Source of the DNA: Leucoraja ocellata
Taxonomy: Eukaryota
Assembly (NCBI GenBank): GCA_036785375.1
Contig: JAWMAR010000076.1
Location: forward strand, 5,828,001-5,892,000
Length of the DNA: 64,000 nt
Reading direction: 5' to 3'
This document shows, in pieces, positions 49,168 through 62,064 of the stretch; the first letter of the stretch is position 1, and every line of letters starts with the position of its first letter. A model generated the notes under the pieces. It was given only the letters and a program-made list of their open reading frames with translations, was not told the DNA's origin and did no database searches. A program made the translations under genes and the position numbers.

Positions 49168-51380
49168 CGTAGAACATAGAACAGTGCATTACAAGAGCAG
49201 ATCCTTTGGCCCATAATGTCTGTGCCGAATATGATGCCAAGACTATTTCTTATCTCCCCACATATAATCCATATCCCACCATTCCCTGCATATCTGTATG
49301 CCTGTCCAAACTGTCTCTTAAATGCCGCTATCATATCTGCCTTAACCACCAATCCCAGCAGCACATCCCAGGCACTCATTAAAAGTTGCCCCACATATCT
49401 TCTTTAAGCTTTGCCTCTCTCACCTAAAACCATGTCCTCTAGTGTTTGATTTTTTCATCCTGTTTAAAAAGTTGTGTCTGTCTACCCTACCTATGCCTCT
49501 CATAATATTATATACTATTAGATCTCCTGCAACCTCTGGTGTTCCAGAGAGAACAATCCAAGTCTGTCTAACCTCTCTCCCTCACAATGTCCCCTATTCT
49601 AGGCATCATTTTGGTAAACCTCTGCACTTTCCAAGCCTACGCATCCTTCCTGTAATGGGGTGTCCAGAACTGCACACAGCACTCCAAATGTGGCCTAACA
49701 AAGTCTTATAAAGCTGCATCATGACATCCTGACTCTTATACTCAAAGCCTCAACCTATGCATGCAAGTGTGCCAAATGCCTGCTTTACCATTCTATCTAC
49801 TTGTGTTGTCATTTTGTATTGGAGTTTGACTCCAAGGACCCTCTGTTAAAGGTCATGCCATTAAAAACAAAACACAGTATCTCACACTTGCTCAGATTAA
49901 ACTCCATCTGCCATTTCACCATCAATTTCTGTTGCTGATCTATATCCAGCTGCATACTTTGACAGCCTGCCTCACATTCTGTGACACCAGCAAACGTTTT
50001 GTCGGCTACAAGCTTACTAAACAACCTGTCCACATTAACGTCTAAGTCATTAATGTATATCACAAACTGCAGATGTGCCAGCATAGATCTCTAACGAATT
50101 CCACTGGTCGCAGACCACCAGCCTGACTATTGTCTTTCGATTAACCCTCTTCTATGAGTAAGCCAGTTCTAAATCTTTATGACCAACTCACTGTTAATCC
50201 TGTGCATCTTAATCCTCTGGATCAGCATTCCGTATGGGACTATCAAATGCCTGAAGGGCTTGTCACACTTGCGAACATTTCAAAATCCAGCGGCGACAAA
50301 ATAAATGTTGATACACTTGTAAAAACACCGCGTGTCAAACGTCATCATGCCGCGTCACCGCCGTGTCACGCCGCATCGCTCCACAAATTTTTCGGTGACC
50401 CAATACGTCAGTCAATGATGCTGGCAGTCGCCGAAAAAATTCGCCAAGTGGGACAGGCCCTTTTACTAAAATCCATGTAGACAATATTCACCACCCTTCC
50501 CATATCGATCAGGTAGGGCGTCACCTCCTCAAAAAATGTTCTTGTTAATAAGACATGACAGCTATCCTGACTGTCTCTAATTAACCCATTCTTTTACAAA
50601 TGGGAGTAAATGCTATCTCGAAGAATACTCTCCAATAGCTTCCCTACCACTGACGTGAGGCTCATTGGCCTATAATTCCCTGGATTCTCTACTCATTCAT
50701 AAATAAAAATGACAAATCACTCCAGTCTTCTGGGTCTTTGCCTGTGGTTAGAGAAGACTAAAATATTTTGAGCAATCTCCTCTCTTGTCTCTCTCAATAA
50801 CCTGGATAAATCGCATCAGGTCCTGTGGATTTATTCATCTTACTGTTCTTCAAGAGCCCCAACATCTCCTTTTCTAAATTTCAAGCTGCCACTGCCGATT
50901 AGTATCCTCCACACTGATCTCATTGTCCTCCATGTCCTTCTCCTTGGTGAAAACAGATGCAAACTATTTGTTTGGTACCTCGCCTATATCCCCAGACTCC
51001 AAATTCCCTTCTTGATCCGTGATTAGTCCAAACTTCTCCCTGGTTTTAATATAGATATTAAATATTTTGGGATTTCCTTTAATTGTTCCTTCTTTCTTTA
51101 TATTCCACAAAGGGCCCATCTGATTCCATTTTCTTAAGCCTTGCACACGCTGCCTTTTTCTTTTTGACCAAATTTACAACTTCCTTGCTCCTCTAAGGGT
51201 CCCTTACATTGCCATCCTTATCTCTCCTCCTCATTGGAGCATGCTGGTTCTGAATTTGATTAACTGGTCTTTAAGCAATTCCCACATGTCAGATGTAGAC
51301 CAATAACAATTGCTTGCAGTGTTCCCTCCCAAGCTCCAGTCTTAGAACGTTGCAGTTGCCTTGCTCCAATTTAGTGTTTT
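49168..51380 (-). mobile_element. Decayed CR1 LINE, about 2.2 kb
   Basis: VIYINDLD..FSK ORF 49809-50084; YMDFSKAFD split by a MITE; tail at 49168. Confidence 0.8.
50254..50462. mobile_element. PIF/Harbinger-like MITE nested in CR1
   Basis: TIRs AAGGGCTTGTCACACTTG / CAAGTGGGACAGGCCCTT; inserted at the TAA of the host tttagtaa|ggcatttga; CpG-rich interior. Confidence 0.75.
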
Positions 51381-52097
51381 ACTGCCAGGTCTAGCCTTCT
51401 CCCTATTCAAAACAACCATAACACCAGATATGCTGGCAAATAAAGTGAAATATCTGCTTGTCATCTTCCAGTTCTGAGAAAAGATCATTGATATGAAATG
51501 TTAATTTGCTTTCTCACTCTACAGATTAACACGTGCGTATTTCCAACATCTTCCGTTTTAATTTGATTTTTCCAACTGTCACAATATTTTACTTATCAAT
51601 GATAATCCTGTTCTTATTACTATGAACATTTATTACACTGTTGAGAAGAACCATAAGTAGAAACAAGGGAAATAAAATTCTTAAAAGTAAGCTACTGAAC
51701 AACGAATCTAAAGAATGTTTTGCATGTGAATGAACCAGATCGGGCCTTTAAGATGAGCAGAAGCAGGCCTCACATTTCTTTGAAATTCTACTTCTGTACA
51801 AATTGCATGTTAAACTAAGATGTTACTTAAGTTGATTTGGATTTCTTTGCCAATTACTATGTAATGACCCAAATTGGTGCCTGGTGTCTATGTCAATACC
51901 TATGAAGTCTGTCACTAGGTTGACAGTCAAAGAATGCATAATTTTGAAATGGCACACACCACTTCACTAGAGGCTACATTCCATCAAACACCGTTTTCTC
52001 AATGTCTCAAGGACCAAAGAGCCACTCAATCACTAGGTACAAGTATGTTTTATCCTGGTGGAATTAAACATCAAACCAGGACAACACCAGGACTGAC

Positions 52098-52207
52098 CTT
52101 ATGAAAGTTGCCATAGAAGAGTTTCTTCACGTCTTCATTGTCAAATGTGATAGTCTGGGACTCGCCTCTCTCATCCTTGTTAAAATATGATAGTGTTTGA
52201 CTGTTAC
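52098..52207 (-). CDS. COL12A1: COL12A1 exon, TSPN ([37 protein letters not shown])
   Basis: attatag| acceptor, AAG|gtcagt donor, 110 bp, phase 1 to 0. Confidence 0.93.
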
Positions 52208-52887
52208 CTATAATTTGAGAAATCAAATAATTATTAGATGGTAGGTTATTCATGCAAATTAAATAAGAGGCACACTTCCATACTTTTGCTAAAGCATGCA
52301 TAAAGTTTAATCCTGAATTATACTTAACTACTTTCCATAACATGGTTTAAAATTTCTAATTCTTGCTTGAAAATATCTATTCACTCGTGCATTTAAACAA
52401 CCCTTGTCAAAGAATTGGTAAATAAATTACTGAAAGACTTAAAAGTGTGAATACCCAGGTAAAAAAGGATTGATAACTGCAGTATGTTTCACTTAAATAA
52501 AGTGTGCTGGTACCACTGAGATAACAATGGAAATGACAGATCTATTGTTGCGAGGAGTATTGATAGATTGTTGTGAGGTAACGGATAAGTGTTATTCGGC
52601 AGATCACTCATGATTTAATTTGATAACAGAACAGATGAGGAGATAAAGCTTCTCCACATTGCAAAAAATTGCCACAAACTCAAGCATGATGATCTTCTTT
52701 CGTTTTATTGGCAGAATTTGTCCGACACTGGCAAGGCCACCATTTATTGCACCACTAAAATTTCACCTTAAATAAGTGGATGATATTACATTCAGGGATA
52801 TATCTTTATACAGTATATCCCTGATGCCTCTTTGTATCTCCCCCACACCCCGCATTGACACCCAGCTTGATACCATCAATAAACCTG

Positions 52888-53376
52888 TCTAAATACAGTC
52901 TTTACGACGTTCTCGAAGTCCAACTTTAATAGCCATTGCTCCTCGGGGATGGTTAGGAGGTATATTTTACGCACTCACGACACACTTAAGGTAGTAAAAA
53001 CAAATCTTCCAAATGTTGTTTCTTGATTAATTGGTCTTTTATTGGTAGTACATAGCAAATAAATAATCCGTCACTTCACGTTCTTAATCGCTGTTCCATT
53101 TATGTCATATAAATCATATGAAAGTTTATTTCTATTAAAGTATGTTGTCTCATTAACTTGTGCGTGTGTGTGAATAAATGGTAAAAAACTGTATTCTCAC
53201 CATCCTTCCGAGACCAAACTGACTCCTAATCTATGAGTCTGCGCTAGTCCCCTCTAGAAATAGACACACCCCTTCTACGTATCAAATCCCACCTCCAAAA
53301 ATACAGACAAAGACTAAAATATTAAAAATGTTAGACATGACTATAATATACTGACTTAAGCTTAATGGCTCCTACA
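52888..53376 (-). repeat. 3' LTR of BEL element
   Basis: Direct repeat of 58013-58509; starts TGTAGGAGCC after the purine-rich aggggacagta. Confidence 0.88.
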
Positions 53377-56300
53377 TACTGTCCCCTAATTGTTCTACGT
53401 ATATAACAAAGCAATTACTAATTACCATTAAAAAAAAAGGAGCTACAAAAGCTTAACATTTATCAAAAAACAAAAGTAATGTGCATTATATTTAGCATTC
53501 AGAATTCTTTAGCGATTCTTCGATCTTCACCCTCGTCTTCTAGAAGCAGACGTATCTTGGTTATCGGTCTTACCAAGACCAAAGTTGTACTGTACGCACC
53601 AAACCTTTGATATCTGGCATGATTTCCAGTATCCTTCCCAAAACCCAAAGTTTCGACAGCATATAATTTCTTCCTCCATGTCCAATCTGTTCATGGATAT
53701 GTCATAATAGTAGTGTTGAAATATGAAAATTCTTCGAGAGAATAATACGAAGCTTAGCCTCTTCAGGCATTGCTAGTCTATTCAGGCAACCACCTAATCT
53801 CAGAAGTCCTTCCTCCAATACCGGATCAAGCTTATACAATTGACTGTCTCTTTTGACACCATGTACTCCAGCTTCTAACATTGATATTTCTTCTTTGTAT
53901 CTTTGTCTTTGACAGAAATATATAATCGCGTTTTCTGCCTTGAGAAGATCATCAAGACGTAAACCCTATCCACAATACGATGCCTTAAAAACTTGCATCT
54001 TGCTTTCAACATTTTCCTTTCGTTTTTCAGGATCTTTTTCAGAAATACTTTCAGCAATTTCTTTCCTTTTTCGAGCAAATAGCAATAACTTTGTTTTAGC
54101 TTTAAGAACCCAAGCTGCCACAGTCACCAACTTATTCCATGATGAAAAATGGGTAATTAAGTAATTTGTTATGTTTGATGAATCCTTAGCAATAACATTC
54201 ACTTGGATGTTTATGTTGAATTTCTGGATCATTAGCTGAAATTTCAAATCACAGCTCAAGCTTTGGCCATTCTCTGTCTGGTTTACAGAGAAACTCTGTT
54301 CCATTGATCCATCTCCTTCTGCTTTAGAAGCCATCTGCTGTTAATCCTCCAGAAGTTTCATCCGCAGGATTTTCCTTTGTATTAACATATTTCCACTGTG
54401 ATACATTAGTAGCTCTCCTTACATAAGAAATTCTGTTTGCTACAAATGTTAGAAAATGCTTGTTCTCATTGTTAAAGTAAACACTAGTACTATCAGTCCA
54501 GAAGATAGATTTCTCCATTTCTTTTTGCAGCATTATGTCAACTTTAAGAGCTAAGACTGCGGCAGTAAGTTCCATTCTGGGAATCGTCATTTGCTTCAAT
54601 GGTGTCACTCTGGCCTTTACCATTAACAATGCACCATGTACTTCATTGTTATCATTTTCCAGTCTTAAATATGAAACAGTACAACAGTCACTTTCACTTG
54701 CGTTTGAAAAGTGATGCAGCTGTGCATATCTGATTCGACCAAAGTTTGTAGGCTTCATGTACCGGTCCACTTTGAATTCTGAGATCTTGTTGAGATCTGC
54801 TAACCATTTTGTCCATCGCTGAGAGGAAGTTTGCTTTCATCCAATCCAAGTTTTTCCTTGTAAAGATCCTGCAAAATCAACTTGGCTGGCAGTGTAAATG
54901 GTGCGAGAAATCCCAAATGTTCGTAAACAGAACCAATTTTGAATCGAGATTCTGAACTGGAACACATCTGTTTTGACACACCAGTGCAATCCCACTGCCC
55001 TTTTCATTGGCAGATTGTCTTTGTCCAAATCCAATTCCCTGGTCTCCTTAACTCTGTTATCTGGTGAAATGGTTTTTCATACAGCAGGGCTGTTGCTGAT
55101 CCACTTGGATAACATGAATCCCCCCTTATTGCAGTGGGAAGTCAGTTGTTTTATCATTTAAATTGCTTCCTCTTCCAAAGACATGGATTTTAAACAATCA
55201 TCCACATAGAAATTATTCTTTACTGTGTTTGTCACTTCTTCTGGAAAGTGAGCTTTATTGCCCTTGGCAGTCTTCCTTAATGCAAAGTTTGCACATCTTG
55301 GTGATGACACCGCTCCAAAGAATTGTACCTTCATCCGATATTCAATGAGAATTTGTTGTGCATCATCATCAGGCCACCATAGGAATCGCAAATAGTCAAT
55401 ATACTTTTCTGATATTTTGACTTGATGAAACATCACTTTAATATCAGCCATTAAAGCAACCGGTTCTTGTCTGAATTTGATAAGAACTCCAATGAGTGAG
55501 TTGGTAAGGTCTGGACCTTGCAGCAGTTGACAGTTAAGTGATGTTCCTTTGAAGACTGCAGCACAGTCAAAGACCACCCTCAAGGTTTCTTACTTCGAGT
55601 GATACACCCCGTGGTGTGGAATATACCAAAGCTCCGTCACTTTGATTCAGCTGGTCTCTTGGTACCATTTTGGCATAATCATTGACAATCATGTCCTTTA
55701 GGAAAGATGTATATTCATCATGGAATTTCGTATTCTTGCCAAATTTGCGTTTCAGATTCTGGGTGCGATGCTCTGCAATGCGACGGTTATTCGGCAGACC
55801 AACACTTTCTTGTTTGAAAGGCAAGTCTAGGCAATAGTGTCCGTCTATCATCTTTACTGAGTAGTTCATAATATCCAAGAACTTTAACTCTTCTCTGAAC
55901 ATTTCTTTCAGCAAATTATCTGTCCCCTTGACTGCTGACAAACTCTTTAGGTTCCAATGCCTTCAAAGCATTTGTGCCGATAAGTAGGTCGATACCAGAA
56001 GTTATTTTAGTTATCTTGACATCCTTCAAGTAAGGCCATTGTTTCAAGTCTTCCTGCTTGGGTATATTTAGATGAGAAACAGGCATGGTCTCATGTATAA
56101 ACACATCAGATATTGGTATAAAATTGTCTTCATCCAGACTAGATATTTCCATACCTGTAATATGATGGATATTGCAGCATTTCTCTTCATTCATGGTACG
56201 TAAGAAAATCTTAATCTTTTCTCCTGTGATGTCCAGCATTCTCTTCAAGCTTTCTGTGCAAAAGGTAGCCGAACATCCTTGATCCAAAATTACACGTTTG

Positions 56301-56890
56301 CAAAACTGTATTTGCTTGGCTGTTCCTTACCTTTACGGCTAAGATGGAGAAAATGCAGGTTTCTACCCCGGCCCCAATATGCACAATTTTTTGAGGTGAT
56401 GTAACAGCATCACTGGCTTCTCCTGTACTATTTGCCCTGGCTCCTTTGCCGTATTCTTCTGTTCAATATGAAGTAATTCAGGATCTTGTCTGCACTTATT
56501 ACAAGTTATACGACTCTTGCAGTCTTTAACCATGTGTCCTTTCTTCAAACATCCAAAGCAGATTCCCTTCTCCTTTAAGAAATCCTTATTTTCTTTATAT
56601 TCCTTCTTCTTGAATGTTCAACACCACCTTATGGTGTTACCAACCTCATCACATGACAAACAGAATGCTTTTTGTTTAATAGTAGATGCATCTCCTTTCA
56701 TTCCTCCTGTCGTATCTACAGGTATTACAGTGGTAGCAACACTGGTTTCCTTAGATCCGGATCTTCCTTTTGTTTTGGTAATGGTAGAACCTTTAATAGT
56801 TGCTGCTTTAGGATCTTGAATATTCCCAAGGTGTAGATTTGACATTAACCATACTTCCCTTTCCATGAAACTCACCAGATCAGGAAGCAT

Positions 56891-57125
56891 TGTTTAGAAG
56901 GAACTGCAAATGCTGGAAAATCGAAGGTAGACAAAAATGCTAGAGAAACTCAGTGGGTGAGACAGCATCTATGGAGCAAAGGAAATGGGCGATGTTTAAT
57001 TCTGATTTTCTTCTGACACCTAGAGCAGCGGATGCAATAGATGAGGTTGGAGGAGGTGCAGGTGAATCTCTGCTACACCTGGAAAGACGGCTTGGGTCCT
57101 TGAATGGAGTCAAGGGGGGAGGTAA
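56891..57125 (-). mobile_element. Internally deleted Penelope fragment inserted in BEL gag
   Basis: TSD AGATCAGGAAGC at 56877-56888 and 57126-57137; GIY-YIG piece joined to the pLTR end. Confidence 0.85.
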
Positions 57126-58012
57126 AGATCAGGAAGCGTGGCTTCTCGTTTTTCGACTTATCTCTAAGCTTATAGGGCAGTTTTAGAATGATAATTCTCA
57201 TATTACTAACACCATTCAATTCTTCTATGTGGTTGAGATTTCTCATCGAGCTACAACAACCTCTCAGAAATATCGCGAACTCAATCAATGCCTTCACGTT
57301 TTCTGCCTTGATAGTTTTCCAAGCATAGGCCTTCTTCATGCTTGCATTAGCAATCTTCCGTTTATTATCAAAATGTTCTTTAAGCAATTTGCTTGCCATT
57401 TGATAACCCTCCTCTGCAGGCACATTTCGACAAGCTGCTTTGCATATCCGCTTGAGTAGTGCTCCAGAAATTGTAAGAAATCTTTTTAATCAGTAGTTTT
57501 CATTTCCACTCCTTCATGAAACACTATTATGAAAGTTTTGATTGCCAAGGATCACCATCATACTTAGGAATTTCCATTTAGGGTAAGCTAGGCTGATTCT
57601 CGTTTTATTCCTCACTAATTCATAGAATTCACTTTGAGATCCTTGGCTGGGCGCAAATGGATGATGAACAGGCCTCTGAAAAGAATACTGGTCTGGGTAA
57701 GTTTTGTCACGAGTCCCATGACCAGTTATTTGTCTCTGTCTCGAAGCTGTTTTCAAGTCTGCATAAACAAGCTTCCAACTGCATTCTTTATTTCCCCAGT
57801 ATATTCTCACAGGCTTTTAAACATTAATGCTTCTGGCAGTTCTCAAACACGGCAACCAATCGACCTACTCACGGCCCTGATCAATGAATCTACTCGGTCA
57901 ATGAATTCTTCTCTTCCTCGAATGACCCAGGTATCAACCTTGTCAGTTCCTTCAGTACACTGTTGAATCAGTCTTTGTCTTACTACCTCCTGGTAGTAAC
58001 ACAGTTTTTTAC

Positions 58013-58509
58013 TCAATATAATGGCAGTCTTTACGACGTTCTCAAAGTCCAACTTCGATAGCCATTACTCCTCGGGGATGGTTAGGAGGTATATTTTACG
58101 CACTCACGGCACACTTAAGATAGTAAAAACAAATCTTCCAAACGCTGTTTCTTGATTAATTGGTCTTTCATTGAAGTAGTACATAGCAAAGAAATAATCT
58201 GTCACTTTCTGTTCTTAATCGCTATTCCATTCATGTCATATAAATCATATGAAAGTTTATTCTTATAAAAGTATGTCGTCTCATTAACGTGTGTGTGTGA
58301 ATGAATGGTAAAAAAACTGTATTCCAACCATCCTTACGAGACCCAACTGACTCCTAATCTATGAGTTTGCGCTGGTTTCCTCTAGAAATAAACACACCCC
58401 TTCTATGTATAAAATCCCACATACAAAAATACAGACAGATAAGGACTAAAATATTAAAAATTATTAGACATGACTATAATATACTGACTTAAGCTTAATG
58501 GCTCATACA
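58013..58509 (-). repeat. 5' LTR of BEL element
   Basis: Starts TGTATGAGCC; followed by GTAAAAAACTGTG. Confidence 0.88.
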
Positions 58510-59730
58510 ACCTGTACGTTGAACATAGTCCCATCATCTAAATCATTGATATAAATTGTGAAAGGCTGTGGCTCAGTATCAATTCCTGCAGTTCCCCACC
58601 AGTCACCCAATTATCCATCTTGAAAATACTCCATTTATTCCTACCTATTTTCAATAACCAAACCACAATATTTTAATTTATTATCATGTCAATGCCTAAT
58701 TTTTCTTTATATAATGTATAAAAAACATGTGATATTATTCACTGTGGTCGTAAAGAAAATGGAAAAACTTTTTTTTACAAAGATGAAATATTAATGTTAA
58801 AAATAACCTGTACACCTGTCACTTTAAGTTAGCTATGTGAGCAATTAGGTAGTTAAATTGAATGTTTTCTTTAAATAATCTCTTGTGAGGTGCCATTTGG
58901 ATGTACAAATACATTACATCTTTTGATTGTCCCTTATCTATTCTGGTAGTTACATCCTCAGAAACTCCCAATAGATTTATCAAACAAATTTCACTTTCAG
59001 ATCTCCATCAACTTAGCCTAAATCTATTATTATTTTCCATGTGCCCTGCTGGCAACCTTTAATAACAGATTTCAGCATTTTATGAATGAATGAATGAATG
59101 ATTGAATACATTTATTGGCCAAGTATGTACACATACAAGGAATTTGCCTTCTTTTATATCAGACTAACTGCTCTATGTATACCTGTTTTCTCTATCTGTT
59201 TCTTAAATTATATATTTATATTTGCAGCTTACAAATCTATGAGAAGTGTTCCAGAATCTGTAGACTTTTAGTTAAAAGCAACCATAATCAAGTTTTTAAG
59301 TACAAATTTGAATTTCCAAATCCTGTCAAGTAAAGCAGTAAAATTGCACATAATAGAATTGGTAAATAGTGTTCATGAAACTGTTTCTCCAAAGTGATTT
59401 ATGAAATGTTATACAGGTACAGCCATATCTGCCTGTTTTTTTTTTTTATATACAGCCTCCCAGTTGGTCATCATTTTTAACTCATTTTCAATAATCTTAA
59501 AGGATGGTCACTCAAATGCATCTTGTTTGTATGCTTGAAAAAAAAAACTGACGGATCTACTGCACGAGTTTATAATTCCTAGTCATCAATTTCTGTACAG
59601 TTGAATAAACCATAGATTTAAAACTAAAATCCAGGCAAACAAACAATATGTAATGTATCAGTATAGGCATAGAGCACTGGAATCCACCTCGAGGGCAGTT
59701 CCTATTTGATACAATGAGAAACCAACTCAC

Positions 59731-59873
59731 CATCTAGAAGCACTCCAACTTCTGGCTTGAGATCTTTGTCTGTGATCTGCCAAATGGCAAAAGGCTCAGA
59801 GGTTGTGGTTGGAAGAATGCGGAAAAGCATCATAATGGTGTAGCTTAATGGCATGCCACTTGGATGAACATCT
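59731..59873 (-). CDS. COL12A1: COL12A1 exon, TSPN domain ([47 protein letters not shown])
   Basis: ccaacag| acceptor, G|gtgagt donor, 143 bp, phase 2 to 1. Confidence 0.93.
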
Positions 59874-62064
59874 CTGTTGGACAATAAAACACATTAACTT
59901 GGTGAATTAGGTGGATAGTTAGAAGCCATTCAGTTCATTCATCCTCTGTCTTCACTCTGTCCCAATGCAGGATGTCAACAGGAAATGTTGACAGTTCTTT
60001 CCCGCCCACAGTGCTACTCGACCCACTGCGTTCCTCCAGCAATTTGCTGTTCTGGCATCTGCAGTCTCTTATGTTTGTTCTGATGACAGTTGCCGACACT
60101 AACCACAACACCTTGTGTTTGAACCATATCCCACAGGTCACAGCTCTTCAAGTACTCTCAGGTATGGTTTAAATGTGATGAGGCTTTCTGCCTCTCCCTC
60201 CTTTTCAGGTAGTGAGATCGAGACCCTCATCAACCTTTAGTGTAATTTTCTTTTTCATCTCCATTCCAACCTTTCTTCCAGACACTAAATCTTTGCCCCC
60301 TAAATTTTCTGCTTATGAAAATACGTCCTTCTTTTATCAAGGATCCTCAGAAGTTTATATGTCTTTCCTCACCCTATGTCCACAGAAAATAATCTAAATT
60401 TTGACAATACTTCTTTTTAGCTAAAAATCTCAAATCCTAGCAAGACGATTGTAAATCTTCACCATATCTTCTCCACTGTAATTGTATATTGCTTATAATG
60501 TAAATATTGCCCTTATTTCTTTATATTTGGATAGACTCCAGAGGCTAAACGGTTCTCCGTCTATTGTCCGTGAAATAAAGGAGATTGTGAAGGATTCTGG
60601 CAGGGATATTTAAATCCAGGAAATGTAAAATAGAACAGAGAGAAAGTGTTATCACAGATGGCATAGACAGGAATTAGAACAAATAAAAAGGAAAAACATT
60701 TTTACACAGTGAATGGTTGGGGTCTAGAATACACTGTTTGCAGTCATATCAGAGGCAGATTTTAATGCAGCATTCAGAAGGGATTCAGAAGAAACATTCA
60801 TGATCCCAGTAGGTATAAAAAAAAACAAAAATGCAGGTCTATGGAGAGCAGATGGGGGGAGGTTGATGGTGGGAGACAGCTGGATTGCAGGTCTCATTCA
60901 AGAAATAGAAAAAAACATCATAGATTGTGCAATTGAGGGTTGTGGGGGACTGCGCTGAAGAGGAGTTAAGACCAACAAAGATCAGCATGATCATTTGGAA
61001 TGGCTTGTGTGCTGGCTTATTGAAGTGTTAATATTCTCCAAAAATTGCTTTTGGCTTGAGAGGTTGAGTGGTCAGCTTCTGTTTTCCTGTATTATTGTGA
61101 AACCATTATGAAACATGAAGCTATCACCATTCTTTGATATTGTTTCCTGAAGTTGTTTTATGTCTCAGGAATTGCAAGCAAACACTTTGCTTGTCCATTA
61201 ATGTGTAAGACATTTCTATTCAGCTTTGGAAACAACTGGCTTGTTACCAGATTGAAGTACCCCTCCCTCTTATTTTATTTTTAATGTTGTTTCACCGTCC
61301 CAATTTGAGATAAAGGATTAAATTAAATAGCAGCACCACTGATCAATTTCAAGTCTTAGTATAGTTTAAATCTACAAAAAACAAAATAAAAACTCCATGA
61401 ACAGCTTGTAATTGTTTCAAAATGCTAAGCAGTAGCTCTTCCTCCAATGTTACCAAATTTCCATGGTATCCAAATGCCGTGGACTGTTTAATTTAATTTA
61501 TATTGTACACACTTTGTAATAGCAGAACAATTTTAAATAATGGAAGCCACTCTTAATTTTAGACAGTCCCACTGAGTTACGCCAGCATTTTGTGTCTACT
61601 CTTAATTTTAAACAGCTACTTTCCCTACAGGTACTTTATTTACATAAAGCAACGGCACAACTGGAGCAGAAACACATAATTCTACTCAACAAGTCAAGCT
61701 TTGTGCCATTCCAAGCATTAAGCACTTCCCAGCTTTTATTCTTCACATAATCAATTTGTTTCAAAATAATTAATTTTGAATAAGAATGGGGTATCAAATT
61801 AGGAAAAATCTTGCTTCAAATGGACAAGGGCTTTATGGGATTGTTCTACAGGTATTATATATAATTTTTGTCTCATTGTTAGTGGCAATGAGGGGGTTCA
61901 CTGGATTAATTACTGCACTGAAAGAAGGGTCTCATGTATTATATTACACTGCATGGTAATAGGCTAATTTGCCCAATTAGTCCATACCAACCATGTTATC
62001 CATCTATGATCATCTTATCTTCCTGTGTTTGGCATACATCCCTCTAAACATTTCCTATCCTTAT

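Larger units (their letters stand above)
52888..58509 (-). mobile_element. BEL/Pao LTR retrotransposon, decayed, with both LTRs and 5-bp TSD
   Basis: Fragmented gag (Zn knuckles), protease (DQGCSATF), RT ([26 protein letters not shown]) and Pao RNase H (QLHHFSNAS, TIPRMEL); most integrase deleted; ACCTG at 52883-52887 and 58510-58514. Confidence 0.93.
2070..59873 (-). other. COL12A1: 3' portion of collagen type XII alpha-1 gene (FACIT collagen); 5' part lies beyond the window end
   Basis: 16 colinear exons with GT-AG boundaries and compatible phases translate to TSPN-COL2-NC2-COL1-NC1. The C-terminal [17 protein letters not shown] and SSG* ending match collagen XII rather than XIV or XX. The 3' end is approximate. 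Confidence 0.93.

Noticed and set aside
52793-52822. Palindrome CAGGGATATA...TATATCCCTG near the BEL end
   Set aside because: 10-bp arms, outside the TSD, no supporting context
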